From Octopus vulgaris (Eukaryota): a stretch of DNA of 64,000 nt. The DNA lies in contig OX597816.1 of assembly GCA_951406725.2 (NCBI GenBank), positions 39,494,001-39,558,000 on the forward strand, written 5' to 3'. The notes beneath the pieces are model-generated. The model did no database searches and was not told the DNA's origin. It saw only the letters and a program-made list of their open reading frames with translations. Position 1 is the first letter of the stretch. Every line of letters begins with the position of its first letter. A program made the translations under genes and the position numbers. Positions 49,846-63,090 of the stretch are shown one piece after another.

Positions 49846-50166
49846 TTCATGTAAAGTATTTATGAATCAAAAGTGTGGAGACAACTTAGGAATGAGACAA
49901 CGCTTTAACTTTGTCAAAAACATGACAACTTCTCTGAAGCTGGTGCCATAATGAAATGCATGCAGTTCACTATGTAAAGTTGTTGGGGACAGGAAAGGCA
50001 TCCAGCCGAAGAAACCGAGCCAAGAATGAAACGTGGTCCTCCAATCAATCAAGAAATAACCCTGAATAAATATTGCCTTGGGTTATGTTGACCTATCATT
50101 TTACGTCCGCTTTCCTCGTCCGTTTTACATGGTGGCGAGGAAAGCGGACGTAAAATGATAGTAATG

Positions 50167-50205
<39 letters not shown>

Positions 50206-50304
50206 TATATATATACACATATGTGTGTGCGTGTGTGTATGTGTCTGTGTATATATATATGTGTGTAATACATACATACATACATACATACATACATACA
50301 TACA

Positions 50305-50337
<33 letters not shown>

Positions 50338-50600
50338 GCATGTGACACACAAAACCATACAAAAGAACTATAAACCGAATAGAAACAGAAAAGGAAGCAT
50401 AATTTAGTTTCAAACTTGAGTCACGAGGAAAAAAATTTAGTTTAAATAAACAATATACTGTACATGACATATTTGAATTAGAACTGAATGAACTTCGTGT
50501 TAAATTACTGTTTCGTGTTATTGCTTTACTATCAATTTTCTTTTCCTCTTTTGTTGGTAGTCAACCACTTGAATACACCCACCCACCCACCCACCCATCA

Positions 50601-50668
<68 letters not shown>

Positions 50669-51087
50669 CTGACACGCGCAATTCATGGACTCTCGTACCT
50701 TGAGTCACATACATAACTCTTCACACCCGAATGAAAAATATACTTGTTTTAATGTATGACACATACGAATTCTGCGAACAAGAAAGACACTGAGTGCTCG
50801 ATGCGTATTATAGAGTTATATTCTATTTAATAAAAACTGAAAATTCCGTTAACAGTTACTCTCAGTTGATTTGAAGTTTCCGATCTTTATCGAAGAAGAC
50901 TGGAAACGTGAATCCATCTTTTACTTTTTTCAGTCATTGGACTGCGGCCAAACTGGGTCGTAGCCTTGAAAGGGCTTAGTCGAACAAATCGCGCGCGTGC
51001 ACACCCATCCACATGTATGTGTGTATGTGTGTATATATTTGTGTATGTATATATGTATATATGTATGTATATGTATATATATGTGTA

Positions 51088-51120
<33 letters not shown>

Positions 51121-51155
51121 GTCTCTGTCTCTCTGTCTCTCTGTCTCTCTGTCTC

Positions 51156-51237
<82 letters not shown>

Positions 51238-51294
51238 ATAGATATATAAATAGATCTACCAAATTCAGGCACAAAATATTGGTCACCCCTGAAC

Positions 51295-52578
51295 TACAAA
51301 GGTCGGCTGAAAAGTTCATAGGCCGAATAAGATATTCTCATGGAATGTGACCAAATGAGGTTTATTTTGCAACGCCCACCCACCCCCGTGGTCCATGCAC
51401 TTTTTCCATTTGTATTGCAATGTTTGGATTTCATTGGTGAAGAAGTTGACATCCTGTTAGTCAAAAAATTCATAAACAACAGGTATGTGACACTGGTTTC
51501 CAGCCAGGTGTTCTTTCATACTGGGGGAACAGATGATTGTCAGATGGAGCCAAATTAGGAGCAGTGGGAGGGTGATCAGCCAGTTCGAATCAACAGTCAG
51601 GCAGAGCTGTCATTGAAACCAAGGACTTGTATGCTGGAACATTGCCCAGATGAAATATGACTCCTTTCGTTAGTTTTCCCGGGCGTTTGATCTTGACAGC
51701 GTTTCGTAACTGCCTCAGTATGTTGGCATAGAACTCATCATTGATGGTGTGGCCTTTTTGAAGATAGTCAATAAACACAATGCCTTTTGCATCCCAAAAA
51801 TCTGAGACCATCACCTTCCCTGCAGATGAAAAGAGCTTGGCCTTCTTTGGAACAGGTGAGGAGGGGTGTTTCCACTACAGGAATTGACTCCTTGTCTCGG
51901 GCTCAAAGTGATGAAGTCAACACTCATCCTGGGTTAGGACACGTTTAAGGAAACCTACTGAACCTGTTTCAAAAATGTCAGATTTTCCTGTGATGTGATC
52001 AACCCGATGCGCTTTTGATCAAGTGTCAGAAGACGTAGCACCTACCTAGCAGAGGCCTTCGTCATACAAAGTTCATTGTGCAGAATATTATCAACTCTCT
52101 TATGGAATATGTTAATGGGATTGGCTATTTGATTTATAGTCAATCGCCTGTCATCTATCACCGTGTGGTGAACGAGATCAATGTTTTCCTCGGTGGTGGT
52201 AATTGCAGGACGTCCTGACCTTGGGTTATCTTCAAGATTTTCCCTTCCCCTTCTAAATTCAGTAGCTCATTTTTATGCTGTTGATAAAGCTAGAGTGTCA
52301 TCTTCTAATGTAGCAACCATGTCAGTATGAATGTCCTTGGGAGCTAAACCATTTTTCTGCAGCTACTTGATAACAGCACAATGCCAAATTTTGTCCATTT
52401 TCAAGAGAAATCGTTTCTAGTTACTCTTGAAATTTTCTTTGAACAGTGAGATGTCAGTTTACCTGGAAAGAAACAACGCAGTTATTAATAAGAAGGGCTG
52501 AAATTAATGCATGCAAGATTTTACAAACTAACATCACTTCTTAATAGTCAGCCAATGAACTTTTGAGCCACCCTCGTA
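51295..52578 (-). mobile_element. Full-span degenerate mariner (DD34D) nested at a TA inside a SINE A
   Basis: TIRs TAC..GGCTGAAAAGTTCATAGGC / GCCAATGAACTTTTGAGCCACCCTCGTA; PRSGRP and KVMVSDFWDAKGIVFIDYLQKG motifs with stops; SINE halves at 50920-51294 and 52579-52660. Confidence 0.88.
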
Positions 52579-52829
52579 CAGTAAAAGATACTTGCCCAAG
52601 GTGCCGCGCAGTGGGGGAAAAACCTGAAACCAAGTGGATGCAAAGCGAGCTGTCATGCCTGTGTAGGCAAAATTTTAAAAAAATCCGTTTTAGAAACACA
52701 ATATAATTGGTAATGATACTTTAAAACTCCCGGCAATAACTCTCATCACTTTGCTATTTGTTTTTATCAAATTCAATTACTTTAAAATTAAACCCCCTAC
52801 CTACAAGTAATTAAAAAAAGATAACACCC

Positions 52830-54336
52830 ACTGGTCTTAACATAATTGTTAACACCTATCCACTCCATCATCTCCCTCAATTATTTTTCATTGCTCTCAA
52901 CATTATCACCAACACTTTTTTTACTTCTGAACATACACCAGTTCAGCTGACGTGGGTCGTGTTACTAAATTCAACACTTTCTCTTATATGGTACACCTTC
53001 CACTCTTTCACTCCACTACTCCCTCTTTCTCATTCATTTATTCATTTCCATTGCTGAGTGTGAAGCAGTAAGACAACTGGTTCTTGCGAACACAACTTCA
53101 CTCTTTTCCTCACACTGCTGTTTGGTGTAAGTTTCTTGTCTATCGCCACTACTGTTGAATTTAATTACAAAGGCGCTGTTAGTGCATTACACTTTCTCAA
53201 GGTGATTAGAAAGAGGTCAGGAAATTGAATTGACAGTCGTAGTGAGAAAAAGAGTGGTGAAGGTCATTACACTGGACGTTAAACTTAATGCTTTACAAAG
53301 ATTTAAAAACTCATTCGTATTGGAGAAAAACATTAGCATTTGCATGTCTTGAGTGGGAACAAAATGAGAAAGACAAAGGTACTCAGGAAACTACCCCGTT
53401 AACTGCTCGGATATTTTCTTTTCTTTCTTAAGTAGATCTGATATAATGCTTAATATGGAACGGTTCCTAAATGAGTGAACAGGCGTTAGACAGAACGTAA
53501 TGTGCCGACAAACACAACGGTCATTCAAGCGAAAGTTCAAAAGTTTGTATGACAATTTGCTGAATGAGAAGTGTGCAACTATTGATGACAACTTTCTTTG
53601 GCTTGTTAAAGCTGGTTTAACATGTTTAGAAGGCGTCTTATTTTCTCAGACAAAACAGCCTGTGTTGACATGAAGCCTGCCACTACTTATCCTGTAGAGC
53701 TGAGGAGAAAATGATTACTGAGGGTGGTTACATATCAGAAGAAGTATACAATGTTAATAAAATCGGGCTATTATGGAAGACCGTGCTGCTTGGACTTTTA
53801 TTTTTAGTGAAGAAAAATTGGTATTAGGCTTTAAAACTTCCCAAATCGTTTGACACTTCTTATTTCTTTATTGCCCACAAGGGGCTAAACATAGAAGGGA
53901 CAAACAAGGACAGACAAACCCCAGTGCGTAACTGGTACTTAATTTAACGACCCCGAAAGGATGAAAGGCAAAGTCGACCTCGGCGGAATTTGAACTCAGA
54001 ACGTAACGGCAGACGAAATACCGCTAAGCATTTCGCCCGGCGTGCTAATGATTCTGCCAGCTTCTTATGGAGGAAAATGTTGCTAGTGATATGAAATGAG
54101 AGCTCTTACTTGAATTAGACATTCTGTCCAATGCTCTATCGACTTTACCATCATTAGTGACGTCTGCAAGAACTGCTGGGAGTGGAGGGCACCCAAATTA
54201 TAGATAGCTCATTCAGTCTTCTGCTATAAGAAATTCTAAAAACTGTGGTGTTAGTGGTGTTATGGGTTGTGATGAGCTATGTGGTGTTGATGAAGTGGAT
54301 TGTAGATGAGGTAGACGGAAGTTAAGACTGCAGGGG
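52830..54336 (+). mobile_element. Tigger/pogo (CENP-B-like) transposon relic
   Basis: RKRVVKVITLDVKLNALQRF HTH, GWFNMFRRR, EGGYISEEVYNVNKIGLLWK; interrupted by SINE C at 53861-54060; putative TIR GTCTTAAC / GTTAAGAC. Confidence 0.7.
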
Positions 54337-54382
54337 CCTGTGGTACAGTCACGGGGCATGCGTGGGCAAGAAGCACGTGTGG

Positions 54383-54418
54383 TCAGTTCGAGCAGAGACG
54401 GCAGCGAGCAAAGACGTG
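54383..54418 (+). promoter_or_regulatory. Inr + DPE core promoter candidate
   Basis: TCAGTT with A+1 at 54385; AGACG at exactly +28..+32 (54412-54416); G at +24; CAG|GTAAGG donor at 54461/54462. Confidence 0.5.
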
Positions 54419-54759
54419 TTTATTTCTTGAAAGTGATCGCTCATTCCGCCGAAGTCAACAGGTAAGGCCTTTTGTATTTCTTTCTCCCGTTTGCTTCTTT
54501 TTCTGTTGTCCTTTTCTTCCACCACACTAAAAAAAACTAAAAAGAATCACCTTACCTTCCAGCCTTCTAAAGCGTTACACCTGCATGCTTGCATTCAAGA
54601 GACTAAAGAAATAAAAGGTTAAAAAAATAACAATATATTAGCCATGGATGTATTCAACTTCAACTATTCGACAACACCATCAAGTGTGCAGAACACTAGA
54701 GCATTACTTGAAAAGATAGCGGACCTTGATAGATATATGCGATGAATGGTATACGCCTA

Positions 54760-54994
54760 AAACGCGGTGAGTTGGCAGAAATGTTGGCGTGCCGAGTGAA
54801 ATGCTTAGCGGTATTTCATCTGCCGCTACGTTCTGAGTTCAAATTCCGTCAAGGTCGACTTTGCCTTTCATCCTTTCGGGGGTCGATTAAATAAGTACCA
54901 GTTGCGTACTGGGGTTGATATAATCGACTTAATCCGTTTGTCTGTCCTTGTTTGTCCTCTCTGTGTTTAGCCCCTTGTGGGTAATAAAGAAATA
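54760..54994 (+). mobile_element. SINE family C
   Basis: TSD GGTATACGCCTA 54748-54759 / 54995-55006. Confidence 0.88.
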
Positions 54995-55352
54995 GGTATA
55001 CGCCTATGACTCTACTTGCGTCTAACGAACGCTTCGATATAAATTCGTGAAGATTTTGTATCGTCAAATGAATTTACCCCTGTAAATAGAATACTTGCTG
55101 GTAAATTTACTGCTTATACTGTCCTCCAGCTCCACTCTATCTAAATAGACAACTGCGAAACATTCTCTCCAACTCTCTAACAACTGTCACTTTGCCGCAG
55201 ACATTAATAAACACAGAAAGTTCAGAAAACATTTGTTATTCTCAGAAAAGAAACACACACACACACACACAAACATATACGTACACACACACACACATAT
55301 ACGTACACACACACACACATATACGTACACACACACATACGTACACACATAT

Positions 55353-55404
<52 letters not shown>

Positions 55405-55537
55405 CATCGAAGTGGATGATTGATTATACAAGTGGCTTCTAAATAACTGCGTTATTCGAAATTAAATGACAGCAAAGTTCGTTCCAGCTTAGAACAACAT
55501 AAATACATCGCAGTTAGATATTGATTATAATTGATTA

Positions 55538-55590
<53 letters not shown>

Positions 55591-55641
55591 GAGAGGGAGA
55601 GAGATACCTGCTGAGCGTGACGCCTTTATCACGATCAGTAA

Positions 55642-56016
55642 TCTCTCTCTATATAAACGGCAGTTTGTCTGTGTGCGTGTCTGTGTGTCTGTTGGGTTGT
55701 ACCCTCACCCTGACCACGGCTTTCAACCGATTCTGATGAAACTTGACACACACATAGCCCAATGTCATAATTCAAAACTAACGCAGCGAAAATTTTGAAA
55801 AGTTCCCCCAGTTCTGAAAAAAAATCGATAAATTCGACATGGGGTCGAGAATCAGAAACACAAACCGCAAACTGTCTAGGGGACGCAACTCGACCTTTTT
55901 AACTCTAAAAAAAATTTACCTTAATCTTTTTGCTATTTTTTTGGCTATAACTCTCTAAAAATGCTTATATAGTTATTTCCCTTACAAACCCGAGCAACGC
56001 CGGGCGATACTGCTAG
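55642..56016 (+). mobile_element. Non-autonomous Helitron-type element
   Basis: 5' TC after A, subterminal hairpin CCCGAGCAACGCCGGG, 3' CTAG followed by T, no TSD. Confidence 0.75.
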
Positions 56017-56828
56017 TTATAAATATAATTTTATGTTTAGCTTAATAAACCTTTTAGCCCAGGCGGCTCGAGTTCGATTCCCGGCATAAAAGCGTGTTAT
56101 TTTTAATAGGCGCAAGTTTACTCCCCAGTAACATAGTTCCGGGTTCAGTCCTACTGCATAGGACCTTGAGCAAGTGTCTTCTACTATTCCTCGGGGTGAC
56201 CAAAGCCTGGTGAACTGGTGAATAGATTTGGGGGACGGAAACTGAAATATGCCTGTCGCGCGCGCGCGCACACACACATGTGTGTATATATATGTATATA
56301 TGTATATATACTTATATGCGTGCATGCATGTATGTATGTATGTATGTATGTATGTATGTATGTATGTATGCATGTATGTATGTATGTATGTATGTATGTA
56401 TGTATGTGTGTGTGTGTCTGTGTGTGTCTTTGTGTCTGTCTCCTACCACTGTTTTACAACCGGTGTTGGTGTGTTTACGTCCTCGTAACTTATCTGTTTA
56501 GCAAAAGAATACAGATAAATAATGTCAGGCATCAAGTTGACTCAGTAAATGAAACGGTACGCCGTAGTCGTTGCCTTAAAAACGCAGCCTAGTGATACAG
56601 AGGTAGCTCGCTTCCTGAAGATTGTCCGATCCTTCGTTTTCAAAGTTCGAAGGGAGTTGGAAGATGCCGACGGGGATCCGAAATCAGTAGCTCAACACAA
56701 AACGCGTACATAGTGTTCCGATACCATGAGAAGACATAACTGTGCATAAAAGTCTAAGAAACAATCGACAGAATCCCCGGAAGTCAATCAAAGCCATCGC
56801 AAAGGATCTCAAAGTTTCAGAATGTACC

Positions 56829-57251
56829 TATTTCTTTACTACCCACAAGGGGCTAAACATAGTGGGGACAAACAAGTACAGACAAACGGATTAAGTGGAT
56901 TGCATCGACCCCAGTGCGTCACTGGTACTTAATTTATCGACCCTGAAAGGATGAAAGGCAAAGTCGACTTCGGCGGAATTTGAACTCAGAACGTAACAGC
57001 AGACGAAATACATATTTCTTTATTACCCACAAGGGGCTAAACATAGAGGGGACAAACAAGGACAGACATAGGTATTAAGTCGATTACATCGACCCCAGTG
57101 CGTAACTGGTACTTAATTTATCGACCCCGAAAGGATGAAAGGCAAAGTCGACCTCGGCGGAATTTGAACTCAGAACGTAGCGACAGACGAAACACCGCTG
57201 AGCATTTCGCCCGGCATGCTAACGTTTCTGCCAGCTCGCCGCCTAGCTAAT
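56829..57251 (-). mobile_element. Tandem dimer of SINE family C
   Basis: TSD GTTTCAGAATGTACC 56814-56828 / 57252-57266. Confidence 0.88.
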
Positions 57252-57699
57252 GTTTCAGAATGTACCATCAGAAGAGTTGTGAATAAGAACACTCAGTACA
57301 AGTAGTATGTGATGCGGATGTAACAAGGGAGAATCTTTCAATCCGTGCAAATTCCTTGCCATACAAGTTAAAGCACGAAGAGGCTGGAATGCTTTGATTT
57401 TCCTCGGAAGAGAAAAAAAACTTCGATTGGGTCCAAAAAGTAAAAGGGAAGGAACAACTGATAGTTACGAAGAGACCAGAATGAGGTTCCAACGGTCATG
57501 CGCACTAAGTTCTTAGCTACTGGTATGGTTCTGGGAGTCGTTAACAACGCGGGAGATGTCATGCCTCCTCAGGTTCTTCACAGTGCTTAAGAGGCAATGC
57601 CGCTGTCCACACAGAGATGTTGGAGAATGTGAGACGCCGGAAAGAAGAGTAAGCAACGAAAGACGGTAGGTCTACCAGCAAGACTCTGTATCATCTCAT

Positions 57700-58092
57700 G
57701 GAATGGAAGCACTCCGTCAGTTACGACGATGAGGGTTCCGGTTGATCCGAATCAACGGAACAACCTGCTCGTGAAATTAACGTGTAAGTGGCTGAGCACT
57801 CCACAGACACGTGCACCCTTAACGTAGTTCTCGGGGATATTCAGCGTGACACAGAGAGTGACAAGGCCGGCCCCTTGAAATACAGGTACAACAGAAACAG
57901 GAAGTAAGAGTGGAGTGAGAGAAAGTTGAAGCGAAAGAGTACAACAGGGGTCGCCACCATCCCCTGCCGGAGCATCGTGGAGCTTTAGGTGTTTTCGCTC
58001 AATAAACACACACAACACCCGGTCTGGGAATCGAAACCGCGATCCTCCGACCGCGAGTCCGCTGCCCTAACCACTGGGCCATTGCGCCTCCA
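57700..58092 (-). mobile_element. SINE family D
   Basis: TSD CTGTATCATCTCAT 57686-57699 / 58093-58106. Confidence 0.9.
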
Positions 58093-58520
58093 CTGTATCA
58101 TCTCATAAGGCTAGGACAACCCAAGCGTGGAGGCGTGCCAATCTTCATGATCATATTCTTCCAGACACATGGCTTCCTAGCTCACCAGACATCAATCCAC
58201 TGGAATATTATGTATCGGGCGTAGTCGAGAGAGAAGTCAATCAGCACGCCCATAACATCATACAATCTCTCAAGACCGCCATAACCAGCCAAATATCCAA
58301 AATTGATAAAAATCGTCTGATTCAGGCATGTCAACGCTTCGGATCCCGTTTTGAAGCAGCCATTAATGCTAACGGTGGATTGGATTCGTTGAATGTGTGA
58401 TAAAAGGCTTCTCAAGATTACTTGTATCAGTTTGTTTTCAAATACAGCTTTTCTTTGATGAGCTATGAGTCTTTTTCTAAATTCATACAAGTAAACCAAA
58501 AAAAAAACTGACACACTCTG

Positions 58521-58552
<32 letters not shown>

Positions 58553-58620
58553 TGTATGTATGTATGTATGTATGTATGTATGTATGTATGTATGTATGTA
58601 TGTATGTATGTGTATATATA

Positions 58621-58910
58621 TAGGGTGGCCCAAATGTAGGTTTACAGTTAACACGTAGGCACTTTAAATTTCTTTTAAAACATTTTACTACATTTAAATT
58701 TCTATCTTACAATTATATTGTTTAAGCACATCTTAAACAGACAATGTTTAATCTCTCAGATGCTCAAAATATCTTCCTTCAGCATTGCAACATTCTTCAA
58801 ACCCCTGCAGAACACTCTGACACAGTGCGGCACAAATTCTGATCTCCATCTATTTCAGTGAATGTGTCAGAAATGTAATCTTTGAATTCATTTAGTGTTT
58901 TGAGATTCTT
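58621..58910 (-). mobile_element. Terminal fragment of a Tc1/mariner-type transposon
   Basis: TA-GGGTGGCCCAAATGTAGGTTTACAG TIR-like end; degenerate transposase C-terminus. Confidence 0.45.
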
Positions 58911-58915
58911 TTCAA

Positions 58916-59398
58916 TTGCGCTGGGCTGTCTATGTCGTCAGAACGAGTGACGAAAGAATACCCAAAGTCCTCATGTACAGCCAGCTTGATAGTGGGCACA
59001 GGAATGTTGGTCGACCATGGCTCAGATATAAGGACAAGCTGAAGAGTAACTTCTTAGCTGTGTGGATAGCTCACAACACCTTTGAGCGAACAGCCTTGGA
59101 GCGAAGAAATTGGAGATCGTTGCATCAAAACAATATTAGAAACTTTGCTGCAACCAGCATTAACAGGCTTCGGGGTACAAGGCCAAGGAGAAAAGCGGTT
59201 GAAAATATACCACATGCACTGACCTGTAATCCTCATACTTGTAGTATTTGTGGCCTTCTTTACAAAACGTTGGCGGGGCTTAAATGTCACATTCGACATA
59301 AGCATTGCGACTGACAAGGAAAGAGTAGGTTGTCGGATCCTCATACGTCAAAACCGATGGGAGAGTCCAGTACACCCACACACACCCACACACACACC

Positions 59399-59490
<92 letters not shown>
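58916..59490 (+). mobile_element. RTE LINE 3' end with C2H2-like finger and (CA)n tail
   Basis: LRWA..VVR..DERIPK..Y..L..G.R.VGRP..RYKD.LK..CSICG..GLKCHIRH. Confidence 0.82.
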
Positions 59491-59494
<4 letters not shown>

Positions 59495-59683
59495 AAGATG
59501 AGAATTTATGTTTAGATAGGAGACTTTAAAATGTAGTATGCAAACCTTGTTTTGGGTAAGTCTCTAGTAGTGTGCTTTGAGAGCGCGTTCACCACTTACG
59601 GCTACCAGGCGTCATCTGCGGTTCTGCACTTTAGTTGTTGGATCTACATAAGGAATTTTTAGGTGCACGTTTAATACATTTTA

Positions 59684-59714
<31 letters not shown>

Positions 59715-59729
59715 TGTATGTATGTATGT

Positions 59730-59903
59730 ATAGGCGTAGGAGTGGGTGTGTGTTAAATAGCTTGCTTACCAACCACATGGCTCTGGGTTCAGTCCCACTG
59801 CGTGGCACCTTGGGCAAATGTCTTCTACTATAGCCTCGGGCCGACCAAAGCCTTGTGAGTGGATTTGGTAGACGGAAACTGAAAGAAGCCCGGCGTATAT
59901 ATG

Positions 59904-59938
<35 letters not shown>

Positions 59939-60188
59939 TTATATATGTGTGTGTGTGTATGTGTGTGTGTGTTTGTGTGTGTGTGTGTTTGTGTGTCTGT
60001 GTTTGTCCCCCCCCCAACATCGCTTGACAACCGATGCTGGTGTGTTTACGTCCCAGTAACTTAGCGGTTCGGCAAAATAGACCGATAGAATAAGTACTAG
60101 GCTTACAAAGAATAAGTCCTGGGGTCGATTTGCTCGACTAAAGGCGGTGCTCCAGCATGGCGACAGTCAAATGACAAACAAGTAAGAG
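59730..60188 (+). mobile_element. SINE family A within (TATG)n
   Basis: Consensus match. Confidence 0.9.
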
Positions 60189-60771
60189 AGTATGTATGTA
60201 TGTATGTATGTATGTATGTATGTATGTATGTATGTATGTGTGTATAAAGCTATGAAATAAGCAATGAAATAAGCAATGAAATAAGCATTGATAACAGCAC
60301 GGAAACACTCGTTAAATGTACTGCCTTTATCACGGTCAAGAATCGCGAAAATAATTTTGCGCTCAGCCCTCAAAATTAATAAATCCTGGTGAACCTGAGA
60401 TCAGTCATAAAGCAATTCTAAACTTATTTATATCAACATGATCATAAGATAGCTACACGCCTCGCCCAGTGGAGTAGCCTTCGAGAAGTGTTTTCTTGGT
60501 TTCAGAATGCAAGAAATAAAAGCAATGAAATGGTCATTTGATTGGACATCGTGGACTTTTACCTACCGCGGAGAATGACCAGTGACACTCTCTGCAGCAA
60601 CCACTCCACCTCGCAGGGCTCATTTCTCTGACGGGCCGCAGTTGTACCGATTAGAAAATGTCCCGCGAAATTTTTTTAGTAAAATTAGGAACATTTTTCG
60701 TTAACTTTTAGTATTGTTTTCTAGATCTGAGATAAATAAAAACAAAATCTGCCAACATCTTGTGCAACTGT

Positions 60772-61173
60772 GTGGAAGCACTCTCTCTCTTAGCACTCCG
60801 TCGGTTACGACGATGAGGGTTCCGGTTGATCCGAATCAACGGAACAGTCTGCTCATGAAATTAACGTGTAAGTGGCTGAGCACTCCACAGACACGTGCAC
60901 CCTTAACGTAGTTCTCGGGGATATTCAGCGTGACACAGAGAGTGACAAGGCCGGCCCTTTGAAATACAGGTACAACAGAAACAGGAAGTAAGAGTGAGAG
61001 AAAGTTGTGGTGAAAAAGTACAGCAGGGATCACCACCATCCCCTGCCGGAGCCTCGTGGAGCTTTTAGGTGTTTTCGCTCAATAAACACTCACAACGCCC
61101 GGTCTGGGAATCGAAACCGCGATCCTATGACCGCGAGTCCGCTGCCCTAACCACTGGGCCATTGCGCCTCCAC
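60772..61173 (-). mobile_element. SINE family D
   Basis: TSD TGTGCAACTGT 60761-60771 / 61174-61184. Confidence 0.9.
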
Positions 61174-62207
61174 TGTGCAACTGTACACTTACGTTGACAA
61201 ACTCTACAATAGATGCACTTCTCCTCATTGTCATCATCATCATCATCATCATTATCATGGACAGTGACACGTGATATGTTTTTGCTCAGCTTTTCTTAAT
61301 TTCTATCATATTTCAAAATCTGTTCCAAGGCTATGACCTAGGCAAATATTTCTTTCTTGACATCTAGTCACATGCAAAAATTGTGTATTCAGCTTGAATT
61401 CCTTAATATAAAGGGCGTCGTCAAATTAAAATGCTTTTAACCAACATCTGTTAGATGAATGACGAAGTGTGAACACACAACAGAATATGACGGAAAAGAT
61501 GAACTCATATCGCTGATACTATGAGAGACATCTCTCTTTCTGTGTGTGTGTGTGTGTGTGAGTATGCGTGTGAGTGTGTATGTGTGTGTGAGAGAGAATG
61601 TGTGTCTATCTCTCTGTCTGTCTATCTATCTATCTATTTTTAATTTTTAAAAAATTTTTTATTATTTTTTTAAAATTAAAAAAAAATTTTTTTTGTTCTT
61701 TTCTTCCCTTTTACGATCCCTCTTGATCGAAAACCTACGCTACCCCTTTTTTTTGTTTCTTTTGTTTTTTGTTTTTTTCATCCCCCAAAAGAAAAGCTCT
61801 ACCTTGTAACTTGTCCCATCTGTGTGCAGCCCTGTGTGGCCAATAAAGAAACTTATCTATCAATCTACCTATCTATCTATATAAAGGACACCCATATGAC
61901 CCCCCCCCCACCACCACACACACACCAAATGAAAGGTGAGCTGGGAATCCAGTGTTTTTTCCCCCAGTCGGCACTCCGGTGAATATCAGCTAAAAGAATG
62001 TTTAGAAAAGAACATCATTTCAATAGAATCAAGTGTTTCACACTAACTGAAAATCCGGAACGTTCCCTGCAACAGATACAGGTCCTATACATTAAATTCC
62101 ATTCAGAGATCTGAGATTATAGTTGAAGGTACCTATTCCAGGTTCTGCGCAAAGGGACTGAAACCGAAACCGAAACCATGTTGCGAAACGGAATTGTTTA
62201 CTACACA

Positions 62208-62419
62208 CAGTGGCGTAGTTAGAGTGTGAGCCATTCGAAGCAGTCCTTGAGTTTGCCGCCCCGTTCCGCGGTAAACATCGTATACAAGCTTAAACAGCGG
62301 ACTCGAAAATGCCGCTCCAATAAAAGCGTCGTCCGGATAGGGTCACTCCCCGCCCTCCGCTCCCCTCACCCATCATTCGGCGCTCCACCCGCTCTGCCTT
62401 CGCCCTTGCTGTTCTACTG
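62208..62419. mobile_element. GC-rich hAT-type MITE
   Basis: CAGTGGCGTAG..CTACTG ends; 8-bp TSD ACTACACA / ATTACACA; sits in a decayed SINE. Confidence 0.5.
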
Positions 62420-62673
62420 ATTACACAGCTATACTCATGAACAGAATTACTCTGTAGGTCACAGATAACGATTCTGATCTTATTTGATAAATAAACAACG
62501 TCTGAGTGCAGTCTATTATACAGAACTTCTTTGTCGAGTTTGGGCCTTCATGAAAGACAAGATTGCTGGCTACGTCGAATTATTCATTTACATAGAATTG
62601 AATTATTAACAGTTTAATTTTTATTTTCTACAACCATGTATGCGATGTATAATTTTATGCTTCTGTATAAAAT

Positions 62674-63090
62674 ATAGGCGCAGGAGTGGCTGTGTGGTAA
62701 GTAGCTTGCTAACCAACCACATCGTTCCGGGTTCAGTCCCACTGCGTGGCATCTTGGGCAAGTGTCTTCTGCTATAGCCCCGGTCCGACCAACGCCTTGT
62801 GAGTGGATTTGGTAGACGGAAACTGAAAGAAGCCTGTCGTATATATGTATATATATATAAGTGTGTGTGTATATGTTTGTGTGTCTGTGTTTATCCCCCT
62901 AGCATCATTGCTTGACAACCGATGGCTGGTGTGTTTACGTCCCCGTAACTTAGCGGTTCGGCAAAAGAGACCGATAGAATAAGTACTGGACTTACAAAGA
63001 ATAAGTCCCGGGGTCGATTTGTTCGACTAAAGGCGATGCTCCAGCATGACCGCAGTCAAATGACTGAAACAAGTAAAGAGTAAAGAGTAA
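62674..63090 (+). mobile_element. SINE family A
   Basis: Full-length consensus match. Confidence 0.9.

Larger units (their letters stand above)
56520..58520 (+). mobile_element. maT/DD37D-like transposon relic with two nested SINE insertions
   Basis: FSSEEK.F, VYQQDSVSSHKARTTQAW, WLPSSPDINPLEYY; right TIR ..CTGACACACTCTG-TA. Confidence 0.78.

Noticed and set aside
56052-56095. tRNA-Gly-like T-arm (GAGTTCGATTCCCGGC)
   Set aside because: No D-arm/A box or acceptor stem partner; at most a tRNA or SINE fragment
60251-60287. ATGAAATAAGCA x3
   Set aside because: Short local tandem duplication with no further structure
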